A DNA stretch of 64,000 nt from Bacteroidaceae bacterium (GTDB taxonomy: Bacteria > Bacteroidota > Bacteroidia > Bacteroidales > Bacteroidaceae), in NCBI GenBank assembly GCA_016280445.1, contig JAEEGS010000040.1, positions 53,998 to 117,997 of the forward strand, written 5' to 3'. Positions 27,740 through 37,977 of the stretch are shown piece by piece. Numbering within the stretch: the first letter of the stretch is position 1; every line of letters begins with the position of its first letter. A model generated the notes under the pieces. That model saw only the letters and a program-made list of their open reading frames with translations. It did not search any database and was not told the DNA's origin. Both the position numbers and the translations under genes were made by a program.

Positions 27740-28164
27740 CAATAGAAGAAATACAGCAAGAAGTCATCGAAGAGTTTGAAGGTTTCGATGATTGGATGGA
27801 CAAGTATCAGATGCTCATCGACTTAGGCAGCGAACAGGAACCACTTCCTGAGCAGTACAAGGTGGAGAGCAACCTCATCGATGGTTGCCAAAGCCGTGTG
27901 TGGCTGCAGGCAGACCTCACACCAGAGGGGAAGATACATTTTCAGGCAGAGAGCGATGCACTCATCGTGAAGGGCATCGTCACCCTGCTTATCCGTGTGC
28001 TCGACAACCACACTCCTGACGAGATTCTGGAGGCGGACCTGCACTTTATTGAAGATATCGGTTTGAAGGAGCATCTTTCTCCCACTCGCAGCAATGGATT
28101 GCTGGCGATGGTGAAGCAGATGAGGCTTTACGCTTTTGCTTTCAAAACTACCCAATCCAAATGA
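27736..28164 (+). CDS. sufE: SufE-family sulfur acceptor protein
   Basis: Conserved LIDGCQSRVWL (persulfide-accepting Cys). The ATG overlaps the upstream stop (ATGA). Confidence 0.85.
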   Translation: MTIEEIQQEVIEEFEGFDDWMDKYQMLIDLGSEQEPLPEQYKVESNLIDGCQSRVWLQADLTPEGKIHFQAESDALIVKGIVTLLIRVLDNHTPDEILEADLHFIEDIGLKEHLSPTRSNGLLAMVKQMRLYAFAFKTTQSK

Positions 28165-29999
28165 AGGAATTTTTCACCCAAATGGGCAAGTATTTTGCCC
28201 GCTACAAAGGATATATTGCCGGCACGTTCATCTTGAACATTCTGGCAGCGTTGTTCAATGTGTTCTCATTCTCTGTGCTGCTGCCCATCTTGCAGATTCT
28301 CTTCAAGGTGAACACAGAGCACTATGAGTTCATCGAGTGGGGAACAGGTGGATTGAACAACCTGGTGGAGGTGATGAAAAACAACGGGTACTATTATTCG
28401 CAGCTGATGGTGGAGAGGTATGGCCCTGCAAACACGCTGCTGCTGCTGGGCATTGTGCTGGCGGCTCTCACGCTGCTGAAGACGGCGACTTACTTTGCAG
28501 GTTCTGCCTGTCTGATGCCTCTGCGAACGGGCATCGTGCGCGACATCCGTGCTGACATTTACAAGAAGATTCTTTCTTTGCCGCTTTCTTTCTTCTCTGA
28601 TGAACGAAAGGGTGACATCTTGGCAAGAGTGAGTACAGATGTGAATGAGGTGGACGGAAGCATCACCTCGTCGCTCGACATGATGATCAAGAATCCTATC
28701 TTCATCCTGGTGTATATTGGCACGATGTTTGCGATGAGTTGGCAACTCACGTTGTTCACACTCTTGGTGGTGCCTTTGTTGGCTGGAGGAATCGGACGCA
28801 TCGGCAAGAAACTGAAGCATCGTTCGCTTTATGCCCAGTCGAAATGGAGCGATGGCATCAGTCAGATTGAGGAGACGTTGGGAGGATTGCGCATCATCAA
28901 AGCGTTCATTGCTGAGAAGAAGATGGAAGACAGGTTCACGCGCATCAACAACGAATATCGCAAGGCAGCCATGAAGGTGGCCATCCGTCAGTCGGCTGCC
29001 CATCCTGTGAGCGAGTTTCTGGGCACTTGCATGATTGTGATTGTTTTGTGGTTTGGCGGCTATCTGATTTTTGCTGGCAACAGCCCGATTGATGCCAGCG
29101 GCTTCATCTATTATTTGGTCATTCTCTACACCACGTTGCAACCCATCAAGGATCTCTCGAGGGCGGGATACAGCATCCAGAAGGGTCTTGCTTCGTTGGA
29201 GCGCATCAACAAGATTCTGAAGGCTGAAAACCACATCAAAGAGGTGGAGCATCCCAAGAAGATTGAGACGCTGAAGGACAGCATCGAACTGGATCATGTG
29301 CGTTTTGCCTACAATGAGGGTCATGAGATTCTGCACGACATCAATCTGACTATCAAGAGGGGTCAGACAATCGCGCTCGTGGGACAGTCGGGTTCAGGAA
29401 AGAGCACGTTGGTGGATTTGATTCCCCGCTACCACGATGTGACGGGCGGTGCCATCAGGATTGATGGGGAGGATGTGCGCAACCTGTCCATTCATTCGTT
29501 GAGGAGTTTGATTGGCAACGTGAATCAGGAGGCGATTCTCTTTAACGACACTATTTTCAACAACATTGCTTTTGGTGTGGACAACGCTACGCAGGAGCAG
29601 GTGGAGGCGGCTGCAAGGATTGCCAATGCACACGAGTTCATCATGGAGATGGAGGAGGGTTACGAAACGAATGTGGGTGACCGCGGTGGAAGGTTGTCGG
29701 GGGGTCAGCGACAAAGAATCTCCATTGCCCGTGCCATCTTGAAGAATCCTCCCATCCTCATTCTTGACGAGGCGACGTCGGCGCTCGACACTGAGAGCGA
29801 ACGACTGGTGCAGGATGCGCTGGAGAAGTTGATGAAGTCGCGCACGACTATCGCGATTGCACACCGGCTCTCCACCATCAAGAATGCGGACACGATTTAT
29901 GTGCTCCATGAGGGCAACATCGTGGAGAGGGGGTCGCACGAGGAGTTGATTGCTCTGAACGGCTATTACAAGAAACTGAACGACATGCAGGCGCTGTGA
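28161..29999 (+). CDS. ABC exporter, fused permease/ATPase (MsbA-like)
   Basis: Six N-terminal TM helices, Walker A GQSGSGKST, signature LSGGQRQRI and Walker B ILILDEATS. Confidence 0.9.
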   Translation: MKEFFTQMGKYFARYKGYIAGTFILNILAALFNVFSFSVLLPILQILFKVNTEHYEFIEWGTGGLNNLVEVMKNNGYYYSQLMVERYGPANTLLLLGIVLAALTLLKTATYFAGSACLMPLRTGIVRDIRADIYKKILSLPLSFFSDERKGDILARVSTDVNEVDGSITSSLDMMIKNPIFILVYIGTMFAMSWQLTLFTLLVVPLLAGGIGRIGKKLKHRSLYAQSKWSDGISQIEETLGGLRIIKAFIAEKKMEDRFTRINNEYRKAAMKVAIRQSAAHPVSEFLGTCMIVIVLWFGGYLIFAGNSPIDASGFIYYLVILYTTLQPIKDLSRAGYSIQKGLASLERINKILKAENHIKEVEHPKKIETLKDSIELDHVRFAYNEGHEILHDINLTIKRGQTIALVGQSGSGKSTLVDLIPRYHDVTGGAIRIDGEDVRNLSIHSLRSLIGNVNQEAILFNDTIFNNIAFGVDNATQEQVEAAARIANAHEFIMEMEEGYETNVGDRGGRLSGGQRQRISIARAILKNPPILILDEATSALDTESERLVQDALEKLMKSRTTIAIAHRLSTIKNADTIYVLHEGNIVERGSHEELIALNGYYKKLNDMQAL

Positions 30000-30056
30000 T
30001 GCCTTGGGGTTTCTTGGGGTGCGGCTTGCTGCTGCTACTGCTGGTCTGCTTTTTCC

Positions 30057-30698
30057 TTATTTCAGACGGCGGGAGTGCTGCAGGTTCTCGTCGAATACCT
30101 TAAAGGCATAACCTTCCTTTTGCAACCATTCGATGCAGCGGGGCAAGGCTGTTTTCAGCTTGTCGATGCTGCGCAGGGAATCGTGGAAGGTGATGATGGA
30201 ACCATTACGCGTATATTTTTTTACATTCTCAACCACATCGTCGGCAGTGAGTCGACGGGAGTAGTCGCGGGTGACCAAGTCCCACATGATGATGGTGTAA
30301 TGGCGGCGGATATGGATGTACTGCTGGTTGCGCATCCAGCCGCGTGGCGGACGGAAGAGGTTGGAACCTATCAATCGGTCGGCCTTGTTGGCGTTGCGAA
30401 GGAAGTGGCTGCTCGACACGGTGAGTCCGCCAATGTGATTGAAGGTGTGATTGCCCAACCGATGCCCATGCGAACGGATGAGTTCGAACAACTCAGGATA
30501 TTTGCGCACGTTGTCGCCCACCATGAAGAAGGTGGCTTTCACGCCGTAGCGGTCGAGCGTCTCGATGAGCCAAGGGGTCGATTCGGGAATGGGGCCATCG
30601 TCGAAAGTCAGATAAACGGCTTTCTCTGTCGGGTCCATTCGCCATATCGCACTGGGATAAAGCCAACGTAGCCACTTGGTGGGTTGTTCGATAATCAT
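30057..30698 (-). CDS. Polysaccharide deacetylase (CE4 / NodB homology domain)
   Basis: TFDDGP and GNHTFNH motifs. Confidence 0.85.
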   Translation of the reverse strand: MIIEQPTKWLRWLYPSAIWRMDPTEKAVYLTFDDGPIPESTPWLIETLDRYGVKATFFMVGDNVRKYPELFELIRSHGHRLGNHTFNHIGGLTVSSSHFLRNANKADRLIGSNLFRPPRGWMRNQQYIHIRRHYTIIMWDLVTRDYSRRLTADDVVENVKKYTRNGSIITFHDSLRSIDKLKTALPRCIEWLQKEGYAFKVFDENLQHSRRLK

Positions 30699-30760
30699 TG
30701 TTTGCTATTTTGGGGAAGTGAGAAGAAGTGAGAGCAGACTTCTCTCACTTCTTCCCATAT

Positions 30761-33700
30761 TTATTGGAGTTGTATGCCTGCATTGTCACACTTCGAGACG
30801 AAAGCGCCATAGAAACTCTGCAGGTTTTTGTCCATCTGCTCCGTCTTCTTGGTGTACTGGGCAGCGTTGGGGGAGTTGCTTTCTGACAACTTATTGTAGA
30901 TGTCTTGAATCGTTGCCAGGGCATAGAGTTCTTGGTGGCAATCGCGGACACTATGAGCAAAGTATGTGTTGTTGAGCGACAAATACCACTTGAGATACTC
31001 TGATGAACGCTTCTCCAGTTGCTCAAGGATAGGTGTGGCCTTTTCAGGCTTTCCACAGGCAATGTAGGCATTCACGATATCAAGCGATGCACTGCCCACA
31101 TCATGAGGAACATTGTAGGATGGTATCTCCTTCTCACACTTCTCCAATGCCTTCAATGCCTTGTCCATCTTGCCTTCTTTCACCAGATTGGTGATGAGGC
31201 TGGCGAACCAACGGCGGTGTGTGTAGCACATGCGCATGGTGGTCTCGTCGATGTAGAGGTCAGGCTGTTTCAGGTTGCCGTAGTGGTACTTGTTCATCAT
31301 GTTGTCGTACATCTTCTCTGTGTCTGCCATACATTGTACAACACCATGTGACATCTCATTCTCAGGGAAGGTGAATGGGGTGATTCGCCATGCCATGCCT
31401 TCCAAGATGAAGTGTCGCCACAGGTTGCCGTAGTTGCTGGCTCCCACCGTGGTGGACATGTAGAGCGGACGCGAGAAGTTTGCCTGTGCTATCATCTCGA
31501 GCATCATGGTGAAACTCTTCGACACGCGGCCTTGACCCTCAAGACTGATGACCATCTGGTCGGGGATGATCTGGTTGCCCAACGAGTCGGTAGGAATCTT
31601 CATGCCCGAACGACGCACCGCTTCCTTGTCCACTGTGACGTAGAGCGTGTCGCTTGGCAGACAGGAAGGAATGCCGTCCACCAGTTCCTTCTCCTCAGCG
31701 GAGAGTCCTTCGTAGTCTTTCAGGATGAACTTGCGGATAGCGGTCTTCAGTTCGAAAGGATTGTCACCCCACAGGCGTTTAGCCAAGGTGGGGTCTTGCT
31801 TCATCACTTCCTTGATGACATCCTTGATGGTCATACCGTCGGCCACTTCTGGGTTCACATCAATCATCTCGTGCTTACCACTGGTGTACTGATAGCGTTT
31901 CCACGAAATGGGCAGCGGGCTTGACTGCTCTTCGCCAGAGAAAGCAGGACGCTTCATCTGGTCGATGTACCAATCTGTCTGCAGATAGGAAAGGTTGCAG
32001 ACACGCACATCAGTGCGGTTGCCCTCTGTGTCCTCGTTGTACCAAAGTGGGAACGTGTCGTTGTCACCATTCGTATAGATGACACCATCGTGAGGAATGG
32101 TCTCCAGATAGTTCAAACCAAAGTCGCGGCACACATAGCGGTCGCTGCGGTCGTGGTCGTCCCATGTCTGGCTGACCATTTGCAATGGTACTGCTATAGC
32201 AGGCACAAGTCCTACAACACTCGCAAGGATGGCAGCCATGCGGCGTTCCATCATCTTGCCCAACCACTTGCCCAACAGTTCAAAGATGGCAGCGATGCCA
32301 AGACCGCACCAGATGGAGAAGGCATAGAACGAACCTGCGTATGCGTAGTCACGTTCACGTGGCTGGAGAGGTGTCTGGTTCAGATAGATGACAATGGCAA
32401 CGCCTGTCATGAAGAAGAGGAAGAACACCACCCAGAACTGCTGGATGCCCTTCTTGTCGCGGAAGGCCTGCCAGAAGAAGCCAAGCAGACCGAGGATGAG
32501 GGGCAGGCAGAAGAAGACGTTGTGTCCCTTGTTCTCCTTGAGGTCGGATGGCAACATGTCCTGATTGCCCAGACGCATGGTGTCCAGCCAGTCGAAGCCT
32601 GAAAGCCAGTTGCCGTGCTCCAGTTCGCCATTGCCTTGGATGTCGTTCTGACGACCGGCAAAGTTCCACATGAAGTAGCGCCAGTACATCCAGTTCATCT
32701 GATAAGAGAGGAAGAAGCGGATGTTGGTCGTTTGGGTTGGAATCTCCAAAGTGCGGGATTCACGGCCAGGCACCTTGTATTCTACTGAATGATAGGAAAC
32801 ATCACCCAACCATTGCTCGTAAGCCTGTACGTGCAAAGGCTCATCGCTATAGATGCGAGGGAAGAGCATACACTGGTTGGTGGGGTACTTGAGCGAGAAC
32901 TTGTCGCGAATCTTGATGTACTCGTCTTTCTCACTCTCGTTCTCCTTGTCCTTACGCTGATAGACAGGTGCTCCCTGCTCAGTGGCATAAGTGAGGTAAC
33001 CGTCGCCATTGTCCTGAATCTCTGGTTGTGACTTGTAGGTCTGGCCAAAGAAGAGAGGACGGTCACCATATTGTTCACGACCCAGATATTCGCCCAAGGT
33101 GAAAACATCCTCTGGGGAGTTTTGGTCCATGGGTGGATTAGCGGTGGAACGGATGACGATGACGGCATAGGAACTATAGCCGATAGTCATCAAAGTCATG
33201 CAGAGAATAGCGGTGTTGAGAATGCGTGGGGTAGCCTTCTTCGTGAAGAAAAGCAGACCTGCAATGATGCCCAACACAACGATGCCGATGATGACAGATG
33301 CTGCACCATGACCATAGAAAGGAATGCCGAGCAATGCTGTGCAGACAATGAACGCGATGTACATGCGATTCTCGCTCTTTGCCTTCGTTGTCTCCCAAAG
33401 TGCCCACACCAGTGCGATGGCCAGAAGCGTCAGGTAGATGTAAAGACCGATGTTGTAAGGCATGCCGAGCGCGTTGACAAACAGCAACTCAAACCAGCCT
33501 CCAATCTTCACAATGCCTGGCACAATACCGTAAAGCACAGCCGCCACGATGATGACCGACACACCCAACACGATGAGTGAGCCTTTTCCTGTGGGGTTCT
33601 TGCTCATCTTGTAGTAGTAAACCAGCACGATGGCAGGGATACACAACAAGTTCAGAAGGTGCACACCGATGGAAAGACCTACCAGGTAGGCAATGAAAAC

Positions 33701-34231
33701 AAGCCAGCGGTCAGAGTGTGGTTTGTCTGCATTGTCCTCCCATTTGAGGATGAGCCAGAACACCAACGCTGTGAAGAAACTGGAGAAGGCATACACTTCG
33801 CCTTCTACGGCAGAGAACCAGAAAGTGTCGCTCCATGTGTAGATGAGCGCACCTGCGATACCGCTACCTATGATGGCAAGCATTTGTCCAACGGAAGGTG
33901 TCTCTTCCTCCTTCACCAGCAGTTTTTTGGCCAAGTGCGTGATGCTCCAGAAGAGGAACAGGATACAACCTGCACTGAGCAGAGCATTCATCGTGTTTAT
34001 CATCTTGGCAATCTGGCTTGCATCGCTGGCAAAGAGCGAGAAGAAATTGCCAAACAGCATGAAGAACGGTGCGCCAGGGGGGTGACCCACCTCCAGTTTG
34101 GCGGCAGTGGTAATGAACTCAGGGCAGTCCCAGAAACTGGCTGTCGGTTCAATCGTAGAACAGTAGGTGAATGCCGCAATAGCGAACACCACCCAACCGG
34201 CTACATTGTTAATGATATTGTACGTTTTCAT
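30761..34231 (-). CDS. Large polytopic membrane protein, DUF2723 / GT-C-like glycosyltransferase with a TPR-like C-terminus
   Basis: 1156 aa with more than 10 predicted TM helices in the first ~650 aa, followed by a soluble helical-repeat region. The family call is from overall resemblance. Confidence 0.65.
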   Translation of the reverse strand: MKTYNIINNVAGWVVFAIAAFTYCSTIEPTASFWDCPEFITTAAKLEVGHPPGAPFFMLFGNFFSLFASDASQIAKMINTMNALLSAGCILFLFWSITHLAKKLLVKEEETPSVGQMLAIIGSGIAGALIYTWSDTFWFSAVEGEVYAFSSFFTALVFWLILKWEDNADKPHSDRWLVFIAYLVGLSIGVHLLNLLCIPAIVLVYYYKMSKNPTGKGSLIVLGVSVIIVAAVLYGIVPGIVKIGGWFELLFVNALGMPYNIGLYIYLTLLAIALVWALWETTKAKSENRMYIAFIVCTALLGIPFYGHGAASVIIGIVVLGIIAGLLFFTKKATPRILNTAILCMTLMTIGYSSYAVIVIRSTANPPMDQNSPEDVFTLGEYLGREQYGDRPLFFGQTYKSQPEIQDNGDGYLTYATEQGAPVYQRKDKENESEKDEYIKIRDKFSLKYPTNQCMLFPRIYSDEPLHVQAYEQWLGDVSYHSVEYKVPGRESRTLEIPTQTTNIRFFLSYQMNWMYWRYFMWNFAGRQNDIQGNGELEHGNWLSGFDWLDTMRLGNQDMLPSDLKENKGHNVFFCLPLILGLLGFFWQAFRDKKGIQQFWVVFFLFFMTGVAIVIYLNQTPLQPRERDYAYAGSFYAFSIWCGLGIAAIFELLGKWLGKMMERRMAAILASVVGLVPAIAVPLQMVSQTWDDHDRSDRYVCRDFGLNYLETIPHDGVIYTNGDNDTFPLWYNEDTEGNRTDVRVCNLSYLQTDWYIDQMKRPAFSGEEQSSPLPISWKRYQYTSGKHEMIDVNPEVADGMTIKDVIKEVMKQDPTLAKRLWGDNPFELKTAIRKFILKDYEGLSAEEKELVDGIPSCLPSDTLYVTVDKEAVRRSGMKIPTDSLGNQIIPDQMVISLEGQGRVSKSFTMMLEMIAQANFSRPLYMSTTVGASNYGNLWRHFILEGMAWRITPFTFPENEMSHGVVQCMADTEKMYDNMMNKYHYGNLKQPDLYIDETTMRMCYTHRRWFASLITNLVKEGKMDKALKALEKCEKEIPSYNVPHDVGSASLDIVNAYIACGKPEKATPILEQLEKRSSEYLKWYLSLNNTYFAHSVRDCHQELYALATIQDIYNKLSESNSPNAAQYTKKTEQMDKNLQSFYGAFVSKCDNAGIQLQ

Positions 34232-34234
34232 CTT

Positions 34235-35254
34235 TTATTTTTCGATACCTTTCAATTCCACTGTGAAAATCAGCGCAGAGTAAGGCTTGATCTCCCTGCC
34301 TGTCTCGCGGTCGCCATAAGCCAACTGATAAGGGATGTAGAGTTCCCATTTAGAGCCGACTGGCATGAGTTGCAAGGCTTCTGTCCATCCTGCAATCACT
34401 TGGTTGACCTGGAAGGTGGCCGGCTGACCACGCTTATAACTTGAGTCGAACACAGTGCCGTCGACAAGGTGACCTTCGTAGTCAACCTTCACCTTTTGAG
34501 TGGCTGTTGGCTTTTCACCATCACCCATCGTGATGACTTTATACTGAAGTCCGCTGGCAGTGCAAACCACACCGGGCTTTGTCTTGTTCTCTTCGAGGAA
34601 CTGCTCACCTTCCCGACGGTTGGGGCCATAGAGTTTCTCCTTGTTGGCCTCTTGACGGGCAATCATCTTGGGACGGAAAATCATAGCGGCGCTGTCTGGT
34701 GTGATATCGTTCGTTCCCAACAAGCCAGCCAAGATGCCGTTCACCACAAGGGCAGGGTCAATCTTCTTTCCTTCATCGGCTGCGAAATAATCACCAGATA
34801 ATTGTTGAGTCATCTGGAGAATGCGGTCACCAATCTGTGTGCCTGCGCTATAAGCCGTAGCAGCCTTGTCGTTAGGGTCGGCCGTGGTACGGTTGAGGAG
34901 ACCCTCCACGAACGAAGGGAGTTGTGCCTCTTCCACACCCATTTGGCTCATGATATACTGATGAAGACCATTCGACTGTATCACGCCATAAAGGTAGGCC
35001 ATAGAATCGTCTTCATTGGTCAGAACGGGCTTTTCCACCTTGATGGGAGCCTTGCCGTTCTTCTGTGCCTCGATAAATGCGGCCAAGTCAGCCTTCTGCT
35101 TAGCCTGAAACTCCTTCAGGTCTTTGGCATCCTGCACCTTCTTGGCCTTAGCGGCTGCTTTGGCGGCAGCAATGGAGTCCTTTGCTGCTGTCTGCGCGAA
35201 AACAGCGCTTGCCATGGCAAACGCTGCTATCATACATATCAATGTTCTTTTCAT
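34235..35254 (-). CDS. FKBP-type peptidyl-prolyl isomerase (Mip-like, secreted)
   Basis: Signal peptide, long helical N-domain and a C-terminal FKBP domain (GTVFDSSYKRGQPATFQVNQVIAGWTEA). Confidence 0.9.
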   Translation of the reverse strand: MKRTLICMIAAFAMASAVFAQTAAKDSIAAAKAAAKAKKVQDAKDLKEFQAKQKADLAAFIEAQKNGKAPIKVEKPVLTNEDDSMAYLYGVIQSNGLHQYIMSQMGVEEAQLPSFVEGLLNRTTADPNDKAATAYSAGTQIGDRILQMTQQLSGDYFAADEGKKIDPALVVNGILAGLLGTNDITPDSAAMIFRPKMIARQEANKEKLYGPNRREGEQFLEENKTKPGVVCTASGLQYKVITMGDGEKPTATQKVKVDYEGHLVDGTVFDSSYKRGQPATFQVNQVIAGWTEALQLMPVGSKWELYIPYQLAYGDRETGREIKPYSALIFTVELKGIEK

Positions 35255-35280
35255 GTCAATTGTCAATTATCAATTGTCAA

Positions 35281-36144
35281 TTATTTCAACACTTCAATCG
35301 TGAACACAAGAGTAGAGAAAGGTTTGATGATACCCTGGTCGCTTTCTCCATAACCCAATTCCTGAGGAATGGTCACTTCCCACTTTGAGCCGGCTGGCAT
35401 CAACTTCAACACTTCAATCCAACCTGGGATGACACCTGGATGTGCCATATCGATGGTGATAGGTTGCTTGCGCTCGTAGCTGCTGTCGAACACAGTGCCG
35501 TCGATGAGCTTGCCCTCATAGTTCACCTGCAGTTTGGTGGTGTCGGTTGGCAGAGCGCCATTGCCCTCCACAAGCACTTTGTACTGAAGACCGCTGGCAG
35601 TTGTTGTCACACCTTCCTTCTTCTTATTCTCGGCCAGATACTTCTCGCCAGCCACGCGGTTGTCACCATATTTCTTCTCGATGTTAGCCTTGCGGATAGG
35701 CTCCAACTGCTCGTTGAACTTGTTGAAAGCCTCCTCAGGATCTGTCTTGTCGGTGCCTTTCATACCGGCAATGAGACCAGCCAGAATGTTCTTGGTGTTC
35801 ACGCTCTTGGTGGTGTCACCGGCATATACCTCCTGGCTCAAGCCTTTCGACATCTCCTGGATGCGCTTACCCATTTCGACGCCCTTGAAATAAGCATCCT
35901 TCTTGGGGTCAGCCTCGTTCAGAGCACCTTCCTTCAAACCCTTGATGAACTCATCCATATAGGCAGAATCCACACCCAACTGCATGGTCATTACCTGCTT
36001 CAGACCTTGTGACTGGGCAACCCCCAGATTGTAGGCCATAGAATCAACTCCATCTTTGAAAGTGGCGCCACTGCCACCATCGCAAGAAACTGTTGTCATG
36101 GCAGTCATCGCAACTGCGGCTGCCATCAAAAGAACTTTTTTCAT
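35281..36144 (-). CDS. FKBP-type peptidyl-prolyl isomerase lipoprotein
   Basis: Lipobox TTVSC and an FKBP domain (GTVFDSSYERKQPITIDMAHPGVIPGWIEV). The start is set at MKKVLLMAAA. Confidence 0.9.
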   Translation of the reverse strand: MKKVLLMAAAVAMTAMTTVSCDGGSGATFKDGVDSMAYNLGVAQSQGLKQVMTMQLGVDSAYMDEFIKGLKEGALNEADPKKDAYFKGVEMGKRIQEMSKGLSQEVYAGDTTKSVNTKNILAGLIAGMKGTDKTDPEEAFNKFNEQLEPIRKANIEKKYGDNRVAGEKYLAENKKKEGVTTTASGLQYKVLVEGNGALPTDTTKLQVNYEGKLIDGTVFDSSYERKQPITIDMAHPGVIPGWIEVLKLMPAGSKWEVTIPQELGYGESDQGIIKPFSTLVFTIEVLK

Positions 36145-36368
36145 TGTGTTATTTATTTTTTTGAATTGTTTGATGAATATCCGTTGTTTATACCACAAAA
36201 AACAATATGTCTGTCCACGACATGAACACACACAAAATCATGCAAAGTTAGCGTTTATTTTGTTCATTATCTGCCTCTCTGCCCACTTTTCTCATTTTTT
36301 TTAATGTTTTTTCAACAAGTTCGTTCAGTTTTTGGAGAAAAGATGTGTTTTTTTAGTGGAAAATCGTG

Positions 36369-36376
36369 TATCTTTG
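36369..36376 (+). promoter_or_regulatory. -7 box TAtcTTTG upstream of the LRR lipoprotein gene
   Basis: Exact TAnnTTTG match, 54 nt before ATG 36430. Confidence 0.55.
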
Positions 36377-36429
36377 CAACTGAATTCTATTTTACTTTTT
36401 TTATTTATAACTACTTAAAAACAAAAACG

Positions 36430-37587
36430 ATGAAGAAAAACGTAATGATGCTGCTGGCAGTGTTGTCACTGCTGGGCATGTCCTGTAAGGGTGGTTCATC
36501 ATCAGGTGATGGCTCTGCTGATGTTCCAGAATTTGAGAAGTTGGACGAGCGCGCCACGCTGGTGAAAGTTTTCGAAGCCCTGAACGGAAATGAATGGAAA
36601 GAGGAAGACAAGGCCGGATGGTGTACAGAAGCCCCACTCAACGAATGGAAAGGTGTGGAACTGGACGATGCAGGCAAGGTGACCAAACTGCAACTCTCAG
36701 TTTATGGTGTGAAGGGTGCTATCCCTGCTGAAATTCAGAATCTTGAGGCACTGAAAGATTTGAATGTAACCTTCAAGAATGCAGGTGCTGGCATTCAGAA
36801 TCCTGTTCCAGCCAACGTGTTCCAAATGGCTTCATTGGAGAACCTCCGACTGAACTGTCCTACCAGCAATGCAGACGAATATATCCAGTTGCCAGAGTCA
36901 TTCAACCTGCCCAATCTCAAGCATTTCACCATCAACCGCGTGAAGGGCGACTTCCACCAACTGGGCACTTGCACCAATCTGATCGACATCGTCATCAAGA
37001 ACTGCACCCCTGACATTCCTGCCGAGATTGGCAACTGCACCCAATTGAGAGACATCTTCTGGGAAGGCGAAGGCACTCCCACCAAGCCTCTCACTTCCGA
37101 GTTGACCAAGTTGACTTTGCTGAAAGATTTGACCATCTACAGCGATGAGCCTTATGACGAGAAGTTGCCCGACTTCATCTGGGATATGAGCAGCCTTGAA
37201 AACATCTTGTTGAAGAATGTGGCAAAGAATCACGGTGAACTGGAGGCAGAGAAAGTGGCCAAACTGTCAAAACTCGAAGGCCTGAACCTTATCAAGGATG
37301 GCATCACCAACATTCCTGAGAGCCTTTTCTCCATTGCCAGCCTCAAGTATCTTGACTTGGCAGAAAATGCCATCAGCGGTGAGATTCCAGCCAGCATCGG
37401 CAACTCCAACCTCAGAAGCATCGACTTCAGCAAGAACGCTGGTTTGACAGGCAAGATTCCAGCCAGCATCGGCAATCTGAAGGACTTGTACAAACTTTAT
37501 CTCACCGGTACAGGCATTGATCAGAACGTTCCCGCATCAGTGAAGAGTCTGCCCAAGTTCGACAGTTTCAGCAGCCGCATCTTCTAA
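36430..37587 (+). CDS. Leucine-rich-repeat lipoprotein
   Basis: Lipobox LLGMSC and repeated LxxLxLxxN/C-type units throughout (LKDLNV, LENLRL, LKHFTI, LKDLTI, LEGLNL, LKYLDL...). Confidence 0.8.
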   Translation: MKKNVMMLLAVLSLLGMSCKGGSSSGDGSADVPEFEKLDERATLVKVFEALNGNEWKEEDKAGWCTEAPLNEWKGVELDDAGKVTKLQLSVYGVKGAIPAEIQNLEALKDLNVTFKNAGAGIQNPVPANVFQMASLENLRLNCPTSNADEYIQLPESFNLPNLKHFTINRVKGDFHQLGTCTNLIDIVIKNCTPDIPAEIGNCTQLRDIFWEGEGTPTKPLTSELTKLTLLKDLTIYSDEPYDEKLPDFIWDMSSLENILLKNVAKNHGELEAEKVAKLSKLEGLNLIKDGITNIPESLFSIASLKYLDLAENAISGEIPASIGNSNLRSIDFSKNAGLTGKIPASIGNLKDLYKLYLTGTGIDQNVPASVKSLPKFDSFSSRIF

Positions 37588-37623
37588 AGCACACATATCT
37601 CCCTCATTATCTTGAGGGAACAC

Positions 37624-37672
37624 ACACAAATGACCGGCGTACACACAGCGAGTGTACGCCGGTCATTTGTGT
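37624..37672 (+). terminator. 21-bp perfect hairpin downstream of the LRR gene (terminator-like; no clear U-tract)
   Basis: ACACAAATGACCGGCGTACAC (37624-37644) / GTGTACGCCGGTCATTTGTGT (37652-37672), with loop ACAGCGA. Confidence 0.5.
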
Positions 37673-37725
37673 ATCCCCACTTCCACTGCCGCATATTACT
37701 CTCTTCAAGAACCACCAGAACGACA

Positions 37726-37826
37726 CTTCCACTGCCTCAAAATCGGTGTGACTCACACCGGGTATGTCGGTCTGAGTCACACCGAGGGTGGCGGTCTGAG
37801 TCACACCGTTTTCGAGGCAGTGGAAG
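37726..37826. repeat. Family A palindromic intergenic element, copy A3 (best-preserved termini)
   Basis: Termini CTTCCACTGCCTCAAAA (37726-37742) and TTTTCGAGGCAGTGGAAG (37809-37826) match 17/18 as inverted repeats. There are three GGT(G/C)TGA(G/C)TCACACC boxes inside. Extra solo termini lie at 37680-37690 and 37838-37848. Confidence 0.85.
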
Positions 37827-37963
37827 CATCGAAAAGGAGGCAGTGGAATAAAGCAAGGAGAGGAAACGCCACTCTTATCTGCAAAGTTCTTTCATCATGC
37901 CCCATCTGCACCATACAGAAAAAACATTTTTCCCAAGAATAGTTGTTCGGTTCAAAAATCTTT

Positions 37964-37971
37964 CGTACTTT
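37964..37971 (+). promoter_or_regulatory. -7 box TActTTTG driving the candidate ncRNA
   Basis: Exact TAnnTTTG match. The box ends 6 nt before the 5' strand of the closing helix (37978). Confidence 0.55.
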
Positions 37972-37977
37972 TGCAAC

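Noticed and set aside
30716-30757. 13-bp hairpin (GAAGAAGTGAGAG / CTCTCACTTCTTC) between the DUF2723 and CE4 genes as an intrinsic terminator
   Set aside because: There is no U-tract on the transcribed (minus) strand. It may be an intercistronic stabiliser, but the evidence is too thin to call.
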